From positions 1 through 40,453 of the forward strand of contig JBMFSH010000024.1 in assembly GCA_049967655.1 (NCBI GenBank): 40,453 nucleotides of DNA, written 5' to 3'. The position numbers were made by a program, and so were the translations under genes. Positions within the stretch are counted from its first letter, which is position 1, and every line of letters starts with the position of its first letter. Of the stretch, positions 1 to 10,031 are shown one piece after another. Source of the DNA: Acidobacteriota bacterium. GTDB taxonomy: Bacteria; Acidobacteriota; UBA4820; DSQY01. A model generated the notes under the pieces. That model did not search any database, was not told the DNA's origin, and saw only the letters and a program-made list of their open reading frames with translations.

Positions 1-412
1 CGAGGCCCTGCGCCCGGCCAAGAACCACGAGGCCTTCGCGGAAGGGCTTCGGGACCGCGGCGTGACCGCCCGGCTGGATGAGGACGGCCTCTACCGGTTC
101 TCCTTCAAGGACCAGCATGGGCTGGACCACACCGAGGTTTCGGCGGCCAAGCTCTACTGTGCCACTCCCGACCGCATCACCAGCCGAATCGAGGAGAACG
201 CCGGGCGGGCCGAGGCGGCTACCGCACTCAGCGTGGGCAAGATGGCGGGGCGTGAGGCGGGCGGGCTCGTTGCAGGCCTAATGCGGGAGGTAGAGTCCGC
301 CACCCGTGAACCCTACGGCGCGCGGGGAGACGAAGGAATGCCCACGCGGGAGGATCTTCGGGCAGAGCGGCCCCGCCATCATGAGGACCACGAGGACGTT
401 TGGAGCCGTTAG
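1..412 (+). CDS. 3' part of a probable relaxase/mobilisation protein (truncated by window edge)
   Basis: Frame open from position 2 (EALRPAKNHEAFAEGLRDRGVTARLDEDGLYRFSFKDQHG...VSAAKL). This resembles the 'EEF..L...G+.V...SF.....V.ASKL' segment after the HUH domain of MOB-P/VirD2-type relaxases. Lies directly upstream of an integrase. Catalytic motifs are outside the window. Confidence 0.4.
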   Translation, partial: EALRPAKNHEAFAEGLRDRGVTARLDEDGLYRFSFKDQHGLDHTEVSAAKLYCATPDRITSRIEENAGRAEAATALSVGKMAGREAGGLVAGLMREVESATREPYGARGDEGMPTREDLRAERPRHHEDHEDVWSR

Positions 413-482
413 TAGGACTAGCCATCTCATGAGCGCGGCCACATATTGGAGAAGCTCCTCGATGCCGCAGATGGAGGAATAA

Positions 483-1936
<1,454 letters not shown>

Positions 1937-1943
1937 ATGAAAT

Positions 1944-2020
1944 TGGGGTGAGCGACGGGGGTTGAACCCGCGACAACCGGAGCCACAGTCCGGGGCTCTA
2001 CCAACTGAGCTACGCTCACC
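1944..2020 (-). tRNA. tRNA-His (GTG)
   Basis: Reverse complement GGTGAGCGTAGCTCAGTTGGTAGAGC-CCCGGA-CT-GTG-GC-TCCGG...CGCTCACCCCA; has G-1, discriminator C and CCA. Confidence 0.96.
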
Positions 2021-2057
2021 GTGCGTCGGTGGCCGGAGGGGCCGCTTCCGCCCGATT

Positions 2058-2086
2058 AAGCTACACCGAAGGGGCCGCCGGGTCAA
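2058..2086 (-). promoter_or_regulatory. Sigma70-type promoter of the tRNA-His/tRNA-Arg pair
   Basis: Minus strand TTGACC-N17-TAGCTT followed by a GC-rich discriminator. Confidence 0.65.
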
Positions 2087-2120
2087 GGGGTAAGGGCCAC
2101 GGAACGGTGGCGGGAAGGGG

Positions 2121-2906
2121 TCAGAGGAGGTCTTGAAGGTCTTCGCCGGTGATCTCCATTTCCGGAAGTCCCCCGGCCTCGGGAGAGGGGATCGAAGCCG
2201 TTTCTGTGGTGCGAACGTACCCCAACATGAGGAGCACCCAGAGGAACTTGAGAAGCGGGAACTGGGGCATCTTGGCGGAGGCGCAGAGGGCGCGCAGCTC
2301 GCAGGGGGCGGCCAAGGCTCGGACCACCTCCCTCTCGGTTGTTCCCTCTAGCGTCAGCGCCGACAAGACGCCGGAGGCGTCTCCGGCGAGCTGGAGATGG
2401 ACGCGCGCATCGGAAAAGGCGCCCAGGATGGGGACGATCTGGTCCATCCGGTTCACCCCCTGATGGAGGAGTTCGGGGGTGTTGATCTGGAGGGTGATCA
2501 TCTCATCGCCTGCGTCCTGGCCGTCGAGGAACTGGTAGGGGCCGGCGGGCAGGCCGAACAGGGAGAAGACGATCTCCTTGACCTGCTCGGTCACGGCCCA
2601 GACGAGCTGCTGGCCGTCGATGATCTCCCGCTCCACCAGGAGGGCGCCGAAGCGCTTCCCGGGCACCATTGATGCGGAGGCCTCAAGGAAGTCCGAGAGG
2701 CCGAGGACGCCCCTGCGCACGAGCATCTCGCCCAGCCGGTCGTTACGGTCGTTGGAGGCGGCGAATACCACCCGCCCTCCCTGGAGGTAGATGCGCTTGC
2801 GGAAGGTCCCCAGGGCGACGGACAGGGCCCCCGTGCTACCGCGCTTGAAGTGATCGGCGAGCAGGAGTGGAAAGGGGGTGGCCGAGAGGTCGCCTGAGTC
2901 GGACAT
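2121..2906 (-). CDS. DUF4388 (PATAN-like) domain protein
   Basis: SGDLSATPFPLLL...STGALSV...KRIYLQGGRVVFAASN..DRLGEMLVRRG..KRFGALLVE pattern. Start placed at ATG 2906. Confidence 0.8.
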   Translation of the reverse strand: MSDSGDLSATPFPLLLADHFKRGSTGALSVALGTFRKRIYLQGGRVVFAASNDRNDRLGEMLVRRGVLGLSDFLEASASMVPGKRFGALLVEREIIDGQQLVWAVTEQVKEIVFSLFGLPAGPYQFLDGQDAGDEMITLQINTPELLHQGVNRMDQIVPILGAFSDARVHLQLAGDASGVLSALTLEGTTEREVVRALAAPCELRALCASAKMPQFPLLKFLWVLLMLGYVRTTETASIPSPEAGGLPEMEITGEDLQDLL

Positions 2907-3015
2907 GGATCTCTCCCGGGGCCATGATACCGGCGCGGACGAAAGGGAGCAACGGCAGGGGAGGTGGCGGTGGAAAAGCGGGCGGGGGTATGCTGGACTC
3001 CTAAAGGAGGTGCCC

Positions 3016-3360
3016 ATGAGCGACTGCCTGTTCTGCAAGATCGCCGCGGGCGAGATTCCCAGCCGGCGGGTTTACTCGGACGAGGAGTTCTACGCCTTCG
3101 AGGACATCAACCCGCAGGCGCCGACGCACGTGCTGGTCATACCCAGGCGCCACATCGCCACGCTGAACGACCTGCGGGACGAGGACGCCCCTCTGATGGG
3201 CCGGCTGCTGGTGCTGGCGTCCAGGATCGCCAAGGAGCGGGGGCTGGAATCCAAGGGATTCCGGCTGAACGCCAACTGCTTGGAATCGGCCGGCCAGTCC
3301 GTTTTCCACGTGCACCTTCACCTCCTCGGCGGCCGCTCCTTCGGCTGGCCTCCGGGCTGA
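3016..3360 (+). CDS. hinT: HIT family nucleotide-binding protein (HINT-like)
   Basis: DCLFCKI, FEDINPQAPTHVLVIP, GQSVFHVHLHLLGG, WPPG end. AAGGAGGT RBS. Confidence 0.95.
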   Translation: MSDCLFCKIAAGEIPSRRVYSDEEFYAFEDINPQAPTHVLVIPRRHIATLNDLRDEDAPLMGRLLVLASRIAKERGLESKGFRLNANCLESAGQSVFHVHLHLLGGRSFGWPPG

Positions 3361-3441
3361 AGCGCGGCCCGCATTAACACCGGCGGCGCTCCTCTCTCCA
3401 GCCGCCGCGGGTGGGGGCGGAGTCGGATGGGGGCCTCCGTG

Positions 3442-3450
3442 TGGTACAAT
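3442..3450 (+). promoter_or_regulatory. Extended -10 promoter upstream of MBL-radical SAM-rny
   Basis: TG-G-TACAAT about 80 bp before the MBL start. Confidence 0.45.
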
Positions 3451-3526
3451 CCCCGTTTACCGGGCACGGCGCGGGAGCGCGAAGGAAATAGAGCGCATCC
3501 CGGGGACGTTCCCTCGAGGAGAGGTC

Positions 3527-4189
3527 ATGAGGCCGATGGAGAGCAGCCTGCGGGTGGAGACGCACCAGGTCGGACCCCTGGAGAACAACACCTACCTCGT
3601 GGTGGACCCCGCGTCCGGGGAGGCGGTCCTGGTGGATCCCTCCATCGGCAGCGAGGGGCTGACGGACGAGATCCGACAGCGGAACCTCCGCCTCAAGGCC
3701 GTCATCAATACCCACGGGCACTTCGACCACGCTTACAACAACGCCCTTTTCACGGAGCAGTTCGGGTGCCCCCTGATGATTCACGAGGGGGACCTCCCGA
3801 TCCTCAGGGACATGGTCAGGCACGCCCTGCTCTTCGGCTTCGCGGTGCAGCCGAGCCCGGAGCCGACGGCGTTTCTGAGGGACGGACTGGAGATCCCCGT
3901 GGGGAGGTCGAAGCTTCGGGTTCTGCACACGCCCGGCCACTCTCCGGGCGGGGTCTGCCTGGCGGGGGACGGCTTCGTGCTCGTGGGGGACACGCTCTTC
4001 GCCCAGTCCATCGGTCGGACGGACCTGCCGGGCGGCGACTACGACACCCTGATCCAGTCCATTCGGCGAGCCCTCTACGCGTTGCCGGATGCGACGGAGG
4101 TTTTCCCGGGGCACGGGCCCTCCACGCTCGTCGGCTTCGAGAAACGGCACAACCCCTTCGTGAAGGTGGCCCATGCTCACGAGGAGTGA
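3527..4189 (+). CDS. MBL-fold metallo-hydrolase (glyoxalase II/YcbL-like)
   Basis: THGHFDH, HTPGHSPG, GDTLF, GRTDLPGG, PGHG. Start may be ATG 3536. Confidence 0.93.
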   Translation: MRPMESSLRVETHQVGPLENNTYLVVDPASGEAVLVDPSIGSEGLTDEIRQRNLRLKAVINTHGHFDHAYNNALFTEQFGCPLMIHEGDLPILRDMVRHALLFGFAVQPSPEPTAFLRDGLEIPVGRSKLRVLHTPGHSPGGVCLAGDGFVLVGDTLFAQSIGRTDLPGGDYDTLIQSIRRALYALPDATEVFPGHGPSTLVGFEKRHNPFVKVAHAHEE

Positions 4190-4243
4190 GAAGGCACGAA
4201 ATCCGGAGGGGACGGGCGGCTCCTCGGGCGGAGGACGGAGGCC

Positions 4244-5041
4244 ATGAACCTGCGTGTGAGGAGCACCATCCAGCTCCAGCAGGGCATCCTCTACGGGCCG
4301 GTACTCTCCCGCCGGCTTGGACGCTCCCTGGGGCTGAACATCCTGCCCGATGAGATCAAGGTCTGCTCTATGAACTGCGGATACTGCCAGTATTCGTGGA
4401 CCGGGATCCTGGCCATCCAGCCGGCCCTCTACGCCGGTTTCCTGCCTTCGCGTGATCAGATTCGGGCGGCCCTGGAGGCCAAGCTGGGCAGCCTGATGGA
4501 AGAGGGTACACCGCCCGACACGCTGACCTTCTCGGGTAACGGGGAGGCGACGCTGCACCCCGAGTTCCCGGCCATTGCAGAGGACGTGGTGGCCCTGAGG
4601 GATCTCTACGCTCCGGCCTGCCGGACGGCCATCCTGTCCAACTCCACCACCGTAGACCGGCCGGAGATTAGGGCGGCGCTGGAACTGTTGGATGATCCGA
4701 TCCTGAAACTGGATACGGCCGTGGAGGCGACCTTCCGGCGCCTGAACGGCCCCGCCAAAGGGGTGAGCCTGGCCGCCGTTCTGCGCGGGCTTAGGGCCAT
4801 GGGCTCTAGGGCGATCCTCCAGTGCATGTTCGTCAACGGGAGGGTGGATAATACCACGCCAGAGGAGGTGTCCGCCCTCGTGGAAGCGGTCAGGGCCATC
4901 GGCCCGAACCACGTGCAGATCTACACCCTGGACCGAGGCCCCGCGGATCTGGAGCTGTGCCCGGTGCCGGCTGAACGGCTCGAAGCCATCGCCTCGGCCA
5001 TTCGGGAGGGCGCGGAGACCGACGCCAGGGTGTTCTTGTGA
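4244..5041 (+). CDS. Radical SAM protein (TYW1-related COG0731-like family)
   Basis: YGPVLSRRLGRSLG, CSMNCGYC (CxxxCxxC), TFSGNGEATL. GGAGG RBS. Confidence 0.88.
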   Translation: MNLRVRSTIQLQQGILYGPVLSRRLGRSLGLNILPDEIKVCSMNCGYCQYSWTGILAIQPALYAGFLPSRDQIRAALEAKLGSLMEEGTPPDTLTFSGNGEATLHPEFPAIAEDVVALRDLYAPACRTAILSNSTTVDRPEIRAALELLDDPILKLDTAVEATFRRLNGPAKGVSLAAVLRGLRAMGSRAILQCMFVNGRVDNTTPEEVSALVEAVRAIGPNHVQIYTLDRGPADLELCPVPAERLEAIASAIREGAETDARVFL

Positions 5042-5070
5042 GCCAACACCCTCATAGGGAGCGTTGAACA

Positions 5071-6645
5071 ATGGCAGCCCATATCCTGATCTATTCGATC
5101 GTGGGTCTGCTCCTGGGGATAGGCCTGGGGTTGCTGGGCGGCTGGATCCTGAACAGCCGCATCGGCGAAAAGAGCCTTGTCCGGGCCCGGGAGGAGTCCG
5201 CGCGGCTCCTGGAGGATGCCAAGATCCAGGGGGAGAACCTCAAGAAGCTCGAGCTGGCAAAGGCCCGAGAGGAGTTCCAGCAGGAGCGCTCGGCGGTGGA
5301 GGAGGACTACCAGAAGCGCTTCGAATCGGTGAAGAACATCGAGCGGGCCATGAATCGCCGCGACGCGCACCTCCAACAGGTGGAGCGCGACCAGAAGAAG
5401 CGGATGGACGAGCTGGCGGCCATGGCCGCGCAGATCGAAGCGAACGAGTCGGCGCTCGAGGGCCGACGGAACGAGATCGAAGCCGTGATCGCCGAGTACA
5501 ACAGCCGGCTGGAGAAGGCGGCGGGCCTCTCCATCGAGGACGCCAAAAAGCAGCTCGTGGCCAATCTCAAGAGCGAGGCCGAGCACGAGGCGGCGAACAT
5601 GATCCGCCGCATCAAGGAGGAGGCCCAGCGCACCGCCGAGATCGAGGCGCAGAAGATCGTCACCCTGGCCATCGAGCGGGTGGCCGTGGACCAGGTCGTG
5701 GAGCGCACCACCTCCCAGTTCAAGCTGCCCGACGAGGCCATCAAGGGGCGGCTCATCGGCCATGAGGGCCGGAACATCAAGTTCTTCGAGGAACAGACCG
5801 GGATGCAGCTCCTCATCAACAACGAGGATCCCAACACGGTGGTGATCTCGGGCTTCAACCCAGTGGCCCGCGAGATCGCCAGGCAGTCCCTGGAGAGGCT
5901 CATCCAGGCCGGCAAGATCCACCCGCGGAAGATCCAGGAGGTGGTGACCAAGGTCAAAAAGAAGGTCCAGCGGGAGATCCAGGTGGCCGGCGAGGAGGCC
6001 TTCACCTACTTGGCCCTGGAGCCTCCCCACCCGGAGATCCTGAAGCTCGTGGGCAAGCTGAGGTACCGCACCTCCTACGGGCAGAACGTGTTGAACCACT
6101 CGGTGGAGGTGGCCGAGCTGTGCGGGAACATGGCTGCGGAGCTGGGCCTGGACGTGACCCTCGCCAAGCGGGCCGGCCTCCTGCACGACATCGGAAAGGC
6201 CATCGACGTGGAGCGGGAGGGGACTCACCCCCAGCTCGGGGGAGAGGCGGCCCGCAAGTACGGCGAACACGAGGTGGTGATCAACGCCATCGAGAGCCAC
6301 CACGAGGACGTGGAGGTCATCCACCCCATTTCGGTGCTGGTGGCGGTCTGTGACGCCATCTCGGGCTCCAGGCCCGGGGCGCGCCGGGCCTCCTTGACCG
6401 ACTACCTGCGCCGAATCGAGACCCTCGAGAGCATCGTCACCTCCTTCGAAGGAGTGGAGCAGTGCTTCGCCATTCAGGCGGGGAGAGAGGTGCGCGTGAT
6501 CGTCAAGACCGACCAGGTGGACGACGACAAGATGCCCTTCCTGACCTCCGAAATGGCCAAGAAGATCCAGGACGAGATGGACTATCCCGGCCACATCCGC
6601 CTGACCATGATCCGGGAGGCGAAGGCGGTCCAGTACGCCGGGTAG
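5071..6645 (+). CDS. rny: Ribonuclease Y
   Basis: N-terminal TM helix, coiled coil, KH domain (KGRLIGHEGRNI), HD domain (RTSYGQNVLNHS, LLHDIGKA), SRPGARR, AIQAGREVRV. Confidence 0.93.
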   Translation: MAAHILIYSIVGLLLGIGLGLLGGWILNSRIGEKSLVRAREESARLLEDAKIQGENLKKLELAKAREEFQQERSAVEEDYQKRFESVKNIERAMNRRDAHLQQVERDQKKRMDELAAMAAQIEANESALEGRRNEIEAVIAEYNSRLEKAAGLSIEDAKKQLVANLKSEAEHEAANMIRRIKEEAQRTAEIEAQKIVTLAIERVAVDQVVERTTSQFKLPDEAIKGRLIGHEGRNIKFFEEQTGMQLLINNEDPNTVVISGFNPVAREIARQSLERLIQAGKIHPRKIQEVVTKVKKKVQREIQVAGEEAFTYLALEPPHPEILKLVGKLRYRTSYGQNVLNHSVEVAELCGNMAAELGLDVTLAKRAGLLHDIGKAIDVEREGTHPQLGGEAARKYGEHEVVINAIESHHEDVEVIHPISVLVAVCDAISGSRPGARRASLTDYLRRIETLESIVTSFEGVEQCFAIQAGREVRVIVKTDQVDDDKMPFLTSEMAKKIQDEMDYPGHIRLTMIREAKAVQYAG

Positions 6646-6716
6646 TAGGGCCTGAAAACGAGACCACGAATCCTTGGGCCAGGGTCCCATGGGTTCTTAA
6701 CCATAGGGGGTTGCCC

Positions 6717-7871
6717 GTGAACACGACGCAGGCCTCCGAGCAGGCCGTTCAGGGGTGGGCCGGATCCTGGGTCCGTCGGAGACAGGTACGGGATGCCTCC
6801 CTTCACCCCATCATCGACAAGCTTGAGGCGGGCGAGCGGCTGGGGTTCGAGGACGGCGTCGCCCTCTATCGAACCCCCGACCTCGCGACGCTCGGCATCC
6901 TCGCCAACCGGGCGCGGGAGGCCAAGAATGGCAATCGGGCCTACTTCAACGTGAACCGCCACATCAACCACACCAACATCTGCGTCACGGGCTGCTCCTT
7001 CTGCGCCTTCGCCAAGAAGCCTCGGCAGGAGGGCGCCCACCGCATGAGCATCGAGGAGATCGCCGGAAAGGCGGTGCCGGCCCCGGGCGAGCGGTGGGAG
7101 GAGATCCACATCGTCGGCGGTCTGGACCCCGGTTTCAGCTTCCAGGACTGCCTGGAGATGCTGCGGGCCATCCGCGCCGTAAACCCGTCGGTTCATCTCA
7201 AGACGCTTACCCTGGTGGAGGTGGACTACTACGCGAAGCGCGAGCGAAAGAGTCCCCAGGAGATCCTGGCGGCCCTTCGGGAGGCGGGCATGGGCTCCAT
7301 GCCCGGCGGCGGGGCGGAGATCCTCGGAGAGGAGTTGCGGCGGAAGATCTGCCCCAACAAGATCAGCGGCCAGCGCTGGCTGGATCTTGCACGGATCGCC
7401 CATCAGATGGGCATCCGCAGCAACTGCACCATGCTCTACGGCCACGTCGAGACCGTTGAGGACCGGGTGGACCACGTGCTGAGGCTGAGGGAGCTCCAGG
7501 ACGAGACGGGCGGATTCATGGCCTTCATCCCGCTCCAGTTTAACAAGCACAATACCCCGTATGAGAACCTGCCCGACGTGACCGGGGAGGACAACCTCAA
7601 AACCCTGGCTGTCTCCCGCCTGCTGTTCGACAACATTGACCATATCAAGGTCTACTGGATCATGGTGGGGTTGAAGATCGCCCAGACCGCCCTCTGGTTC
7701 GGGGCGGACGACATCGACGGGACGGTGGTGGAGGAGCGTATCACCCACGATGCCGGCGCCACCACCCCCGTGGGCGTGGGGCTCGAGGATCTGCTCCACC
7801 TGATCCGGAAAGCCGGTCGCGTCCCCGTCGAGCGCGATAGCCTCTACGGCATTCGTCAGGTCTACGCCTAG
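6717..7871 (+). CDS. mqnE: Aminofutalosine synthase MqnE (CofH-like radical SAM)
   Basis: NRHINHTNICVTGCSFCAF, EIHIVGG, MPGGGAEI, TMLYGHVE, LRELQDETGGF, DNIDHIKVYWIM, GADDIDGTVVEERITHDAGA. GTG 6717 taken as start. Confidence 0.88.
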   Translation: MNTTQASEQAVQGWAGSWVRRRQVRDASLHPIIDKLEAGERLGFEDGVALYRTPDLATLGILANRAREAKNGNRAYFNVNRHINHTNICVTGCSFCAFAKKPRQEGAHRMSIEEIAGKAVPAPGERWEEIHIVGGLDPGFSFQDCLEMLRAIRAVNPSVHLKTLTLVEVDYYAKRERKSPQEILAALREAGMGSMPGGGAEILGEELRRKICPNKISGQRWLDLARIAHQMGIRSNCTMLYGHVETVEDRVDHVLRLRELQDETGGFMAFIPLQFNKHNTPYENLPDVTGEDNLKTLAVSRLLFDNIDHIKVYWIMVGLKIAQTALWFGADDIDGTVVEERITHDAGATTPVGVGLEDLLHLIRKAGRVPVERDSLYGIRQVYA

Positions 7872-7902
7872 GGGATTTGGCCAGTTGGAAATGGGCAAAC
7901 CA

Positions 7903-7926
7903 CACAGAGGCACAGAGACACCGAGG
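7903..7926 (+). repeat. Short intergenic 8-mer repeat CACAGAGG/CACAGAGA/CACCGAGG
   Basis: Three tandem near-identical units between convergent genes. Confidence 0.55.
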
Positions 7927-8089
7927 CAATGGCGAAGTGAAAGAGAACCACTGGAGACAAAATACGATGGGCTGAGGGATTGGGATTAGTGAAGCGTACT
8001 CATCCTCGGCCTCTCCACCCTACACCGATCCATGAACCCGCTCCCAGCTCCTCGCCTCTAATCTTCTCCCCCATCCATCATCAACAACG

Positions 8090-8118
8090 AAAAAGGGGCG
8101 AGGCCTAGGCCTCGCCCC
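8090..8118 (-). terminator. Intrinsic terminator of the FecR/DUF6600 gene
   Basis: Perfect 24-bp palindrome GGGGCGAGGCCTAGGCCTCGCCCC (8095-8118) followed on the minus strand by TTTTT. Confidence 0.8.
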
Positions 8119-8145
8119 GTGCCAGGAAGAGGGAGGAAAAGGAAA

Positions 8146-9849
8146 CTATCGCCGCTGGTTGCTCCGACCGGGCGGCGGTGCTGAAGGCATGCTGAATCTG
8201 GGCTCCGGCACACTCATGCCGGAGGGCGGGCGGCTGGGGATGCGCCGCGGAGCCTGTGGGAAGGGCTCCATGCGAGGGGGCCCCTCCACGCCCTGCCGGT
8301 CCCACCGGGGCGTCACGCGAACCGGTGGCTCCACCGGTCGGGGCACGTACCGGTTAGACTCGATTCGCCTGGGAACGTAGGGTTCGGTCCTCACGCCGCC
8401 CTCGGCGGGTATTCGAGGGTTCCGCGGCGCTCGGTCGGTCCAGCTCCGGTTCGGGGCTGCCGGCCAGTCGCGGCTGCGGGATTGGTTGGGGGTGGTTGCC
8501 CGATCCCCGGCTCCGCCCCTGACCGGGTGCGTGTCCCGCCATGCGGGCTGAACGGAGGGGAAGGCACGGCTCGTGGTCCTGATGGGCTCCACAATCTGCC
8601 TTCCCAGCTCGCTTGCCGTGATCCGTCCCTCCCGGAAGGCCCTAACGCGCTGGGGCGGCAGGTTGATGGAGGTGTAGCTCCCTCTGCCCCTGGGGCCGCC
8701 GCCGCGAATGCCGACGGGGTTGCCTGGCGCCCTCGGGTAAATGGGACGGGGGGGCGGGGCGCTCCGATGGTGCACGATGATGGGCCTCAGGTTGCTCTGG
8801 TAAATGTAGCCCACGGGACAGCTGTACCAGCCGGCCGGACCCCAGATGGGATAGCCGTCAACCCCGAGGGGGCACCAACCCAGCCAGCCGTCGTCTCCCC
8901 ACCAGAAGCTGACCCACGCGGGAGCGAAATAGGGACCCGGAACCCATCCCCATCCGATGCCCACGTCGAACACCCATCGGCCGTAATGGAAGGGTGCCCA
9001 GCCCCAGGCCTCATAGGGAACCCAGGTCATGCCCCAGGGACTCCAGACCCAGCGGCCGTCGGTGTAGGGAGCCCACCCCGCGGGCAGGCCGCTAGGGTAC
9101 CAGACGTCTCCGTAAGGGGCCGTGTAGGACCAGCTGCCGTAGTCATCGAGCTCGGAGGAGTAGGCGTAAAGATCCGAAGGCAGATAGCGTTGCGAGACCG
9201 ATTGCACGGGCCTGGGAAGATTGCTGTCCCGGTACTGCACGAGGGTCGATTGCACCGGTTGGGCGGTCATGGGCTGCAGCGGAGGATAGCCGTAGTCCGT
9301 GTAGGTCATCTGGTGGGCCTGAAGGGCCACGGTGGAGCCAGCGCTCGCCACCAGGCACGATCCATCCAAAGCCGTAACCTTAGTCCTGTCGACGTTCTGG
9401 ACCTGCAGGTAGTAGACCCCTGGGCGTGAAGGGCTGAGCGAGGCCGAGGGGGTCGTGACCACGTAGTCGGCCGTCTGGTCATTCCAGCTCCGCACGTCGA
9501 GGAGCATGGCCCCCTTCCACAGCCGGACGACCAGTCCCTTGCCGCTGGCCGGGTCGGCCTGGGGGAACTGGTCCACTTCGATCCGCGAATCGTAGTCCAC
9601 CCAGAGGTGGTTGCCGTCCTGCATGAGGATGTCGAGCTGACCGCTGGGCCCCGTCCAGATGTTGTCGCCGTTCATGAGCGGAACGTTGATGCCGAGGCTC
9701 TGCGTTTGTTCGTCGGAGGAGCCCTGGACGTAGCCATCCCCCCTGACGTTCTTCACCACCGCGTAGTCTTCGGCCCGGAACACCGTCGCTCCCGCCAGCA
9801 GGAAAAGGCTGGTGAGCGCCGTGACCATCAAGGGCTTCGTGGTCCACAT
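8146..9849 (-). CDS. Secreted FecR-like + DUF6600 domain protein with Pro/Arg-rich tail
   Basis: Signal peptide. FecR-like beta region (INVPLMNGDNIWTG, VTTPSA). DUF6600 motif ELDDYGSW..YGDVWYP..WAPYTDGRWVW..WGWAPFHYGRW..WGWVPG..APAWV. GGAGG RBS before ATG 9849. Confidence 0.85.
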   Translation of the reverse strand: MWTTKPLMVTALTSLFLLAGATVFRAEDYAVVKNVRGDGYVQGSSDEQTQSLGINVPLMNGDNIWTGPSGQLDILMQDGNHLWVDYDSRIEVDQFPQADPASGKGLVVRLWKGAMLLDVRSWNDQTADYVVTTPSASLSPSRPGVYYLQVQNVDRTKVTALDGSCLVASAGSTVALQAHQMTYTDYGYPPLQPMTAQPVQSTLVQYRDSNLPRPVQSVSQRYLPSDLYAYSSELDDYGSWSYTAPYGDVWYPSGLPAGWAPYTDGRWVWSPWGMTWVPYEAWGWAPFHYGRWVFDVGIGWGWVPGPYFAPAWVSFWWGDDGWLGWCPLGVDGYPIWGPAGWYSCPVGYIYQSNLRPIIVHHRSAPPPRPIYPRAPGNPVGIRGGGPRGRGSYTSINLPPQRVRAFREGRITASELGRQIVEPIRTTSRAFPSVQPAWRDTHPVRGGAGDRATTPNQSRSRDWPAAPNRSWTDRAPRNPRIPAEGGVRTEPYVPRRIESNRYVPRPVEPPVRVTPRWDRQGVEGPPRMEPFPQAPRRIPSRPPSGMSVPEPRFSMPSAPPPGRSNQRR

Positions 9850-9875
9850 GGCCTGACCTCCACGCTTTTCCTGCT

Positions 9876-9891
9876 TGCAAAGGATGTGCCA
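9876..9891 (-). promoter_or_regulatory. Sigma54 (-24/-12) promoter
   Basis: Minus strand TGGCAC-ATCCT-TTGCA matches the consensus TGGCAC-N5-TTGCW, 26 bp upstream of the start codon. Confidence 0.8.
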
Positions 9892-10031
9892 GATAGAAAG
9901 ACCGGCCATCCCCTAGAAGTTCTTGAAAGCATCGCTAGAGCGAATAGGAGTTGTCCTGTGCCCGGCGCAGAATTCATCCGGCTTACCGGACACTGCCGGA
10001 GCACCGGTTGGAATGGTCCCAAGCCGTGGGA

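Noticed and set aside
4187..4243. MBL gene TGA is in frame with the radical SAM gene (18 sense codons) and followed by a small hairpin, resembling a Sec readthrough fusion given selC in the window
   Set aside because: The TGA lies beyond the conserved MBL end (NPF) and not at a Cys-equivalent position. The downstream gene has its own GGAGG RBS. In-frame spacing and GC hairpins arise easily by chance.
6646..6716. Weak hairpin between rny and mqnE as a possible riboswitch or terminator
   Set aside because: Short imperfect stem, no U-tract and no known aptamer motif.
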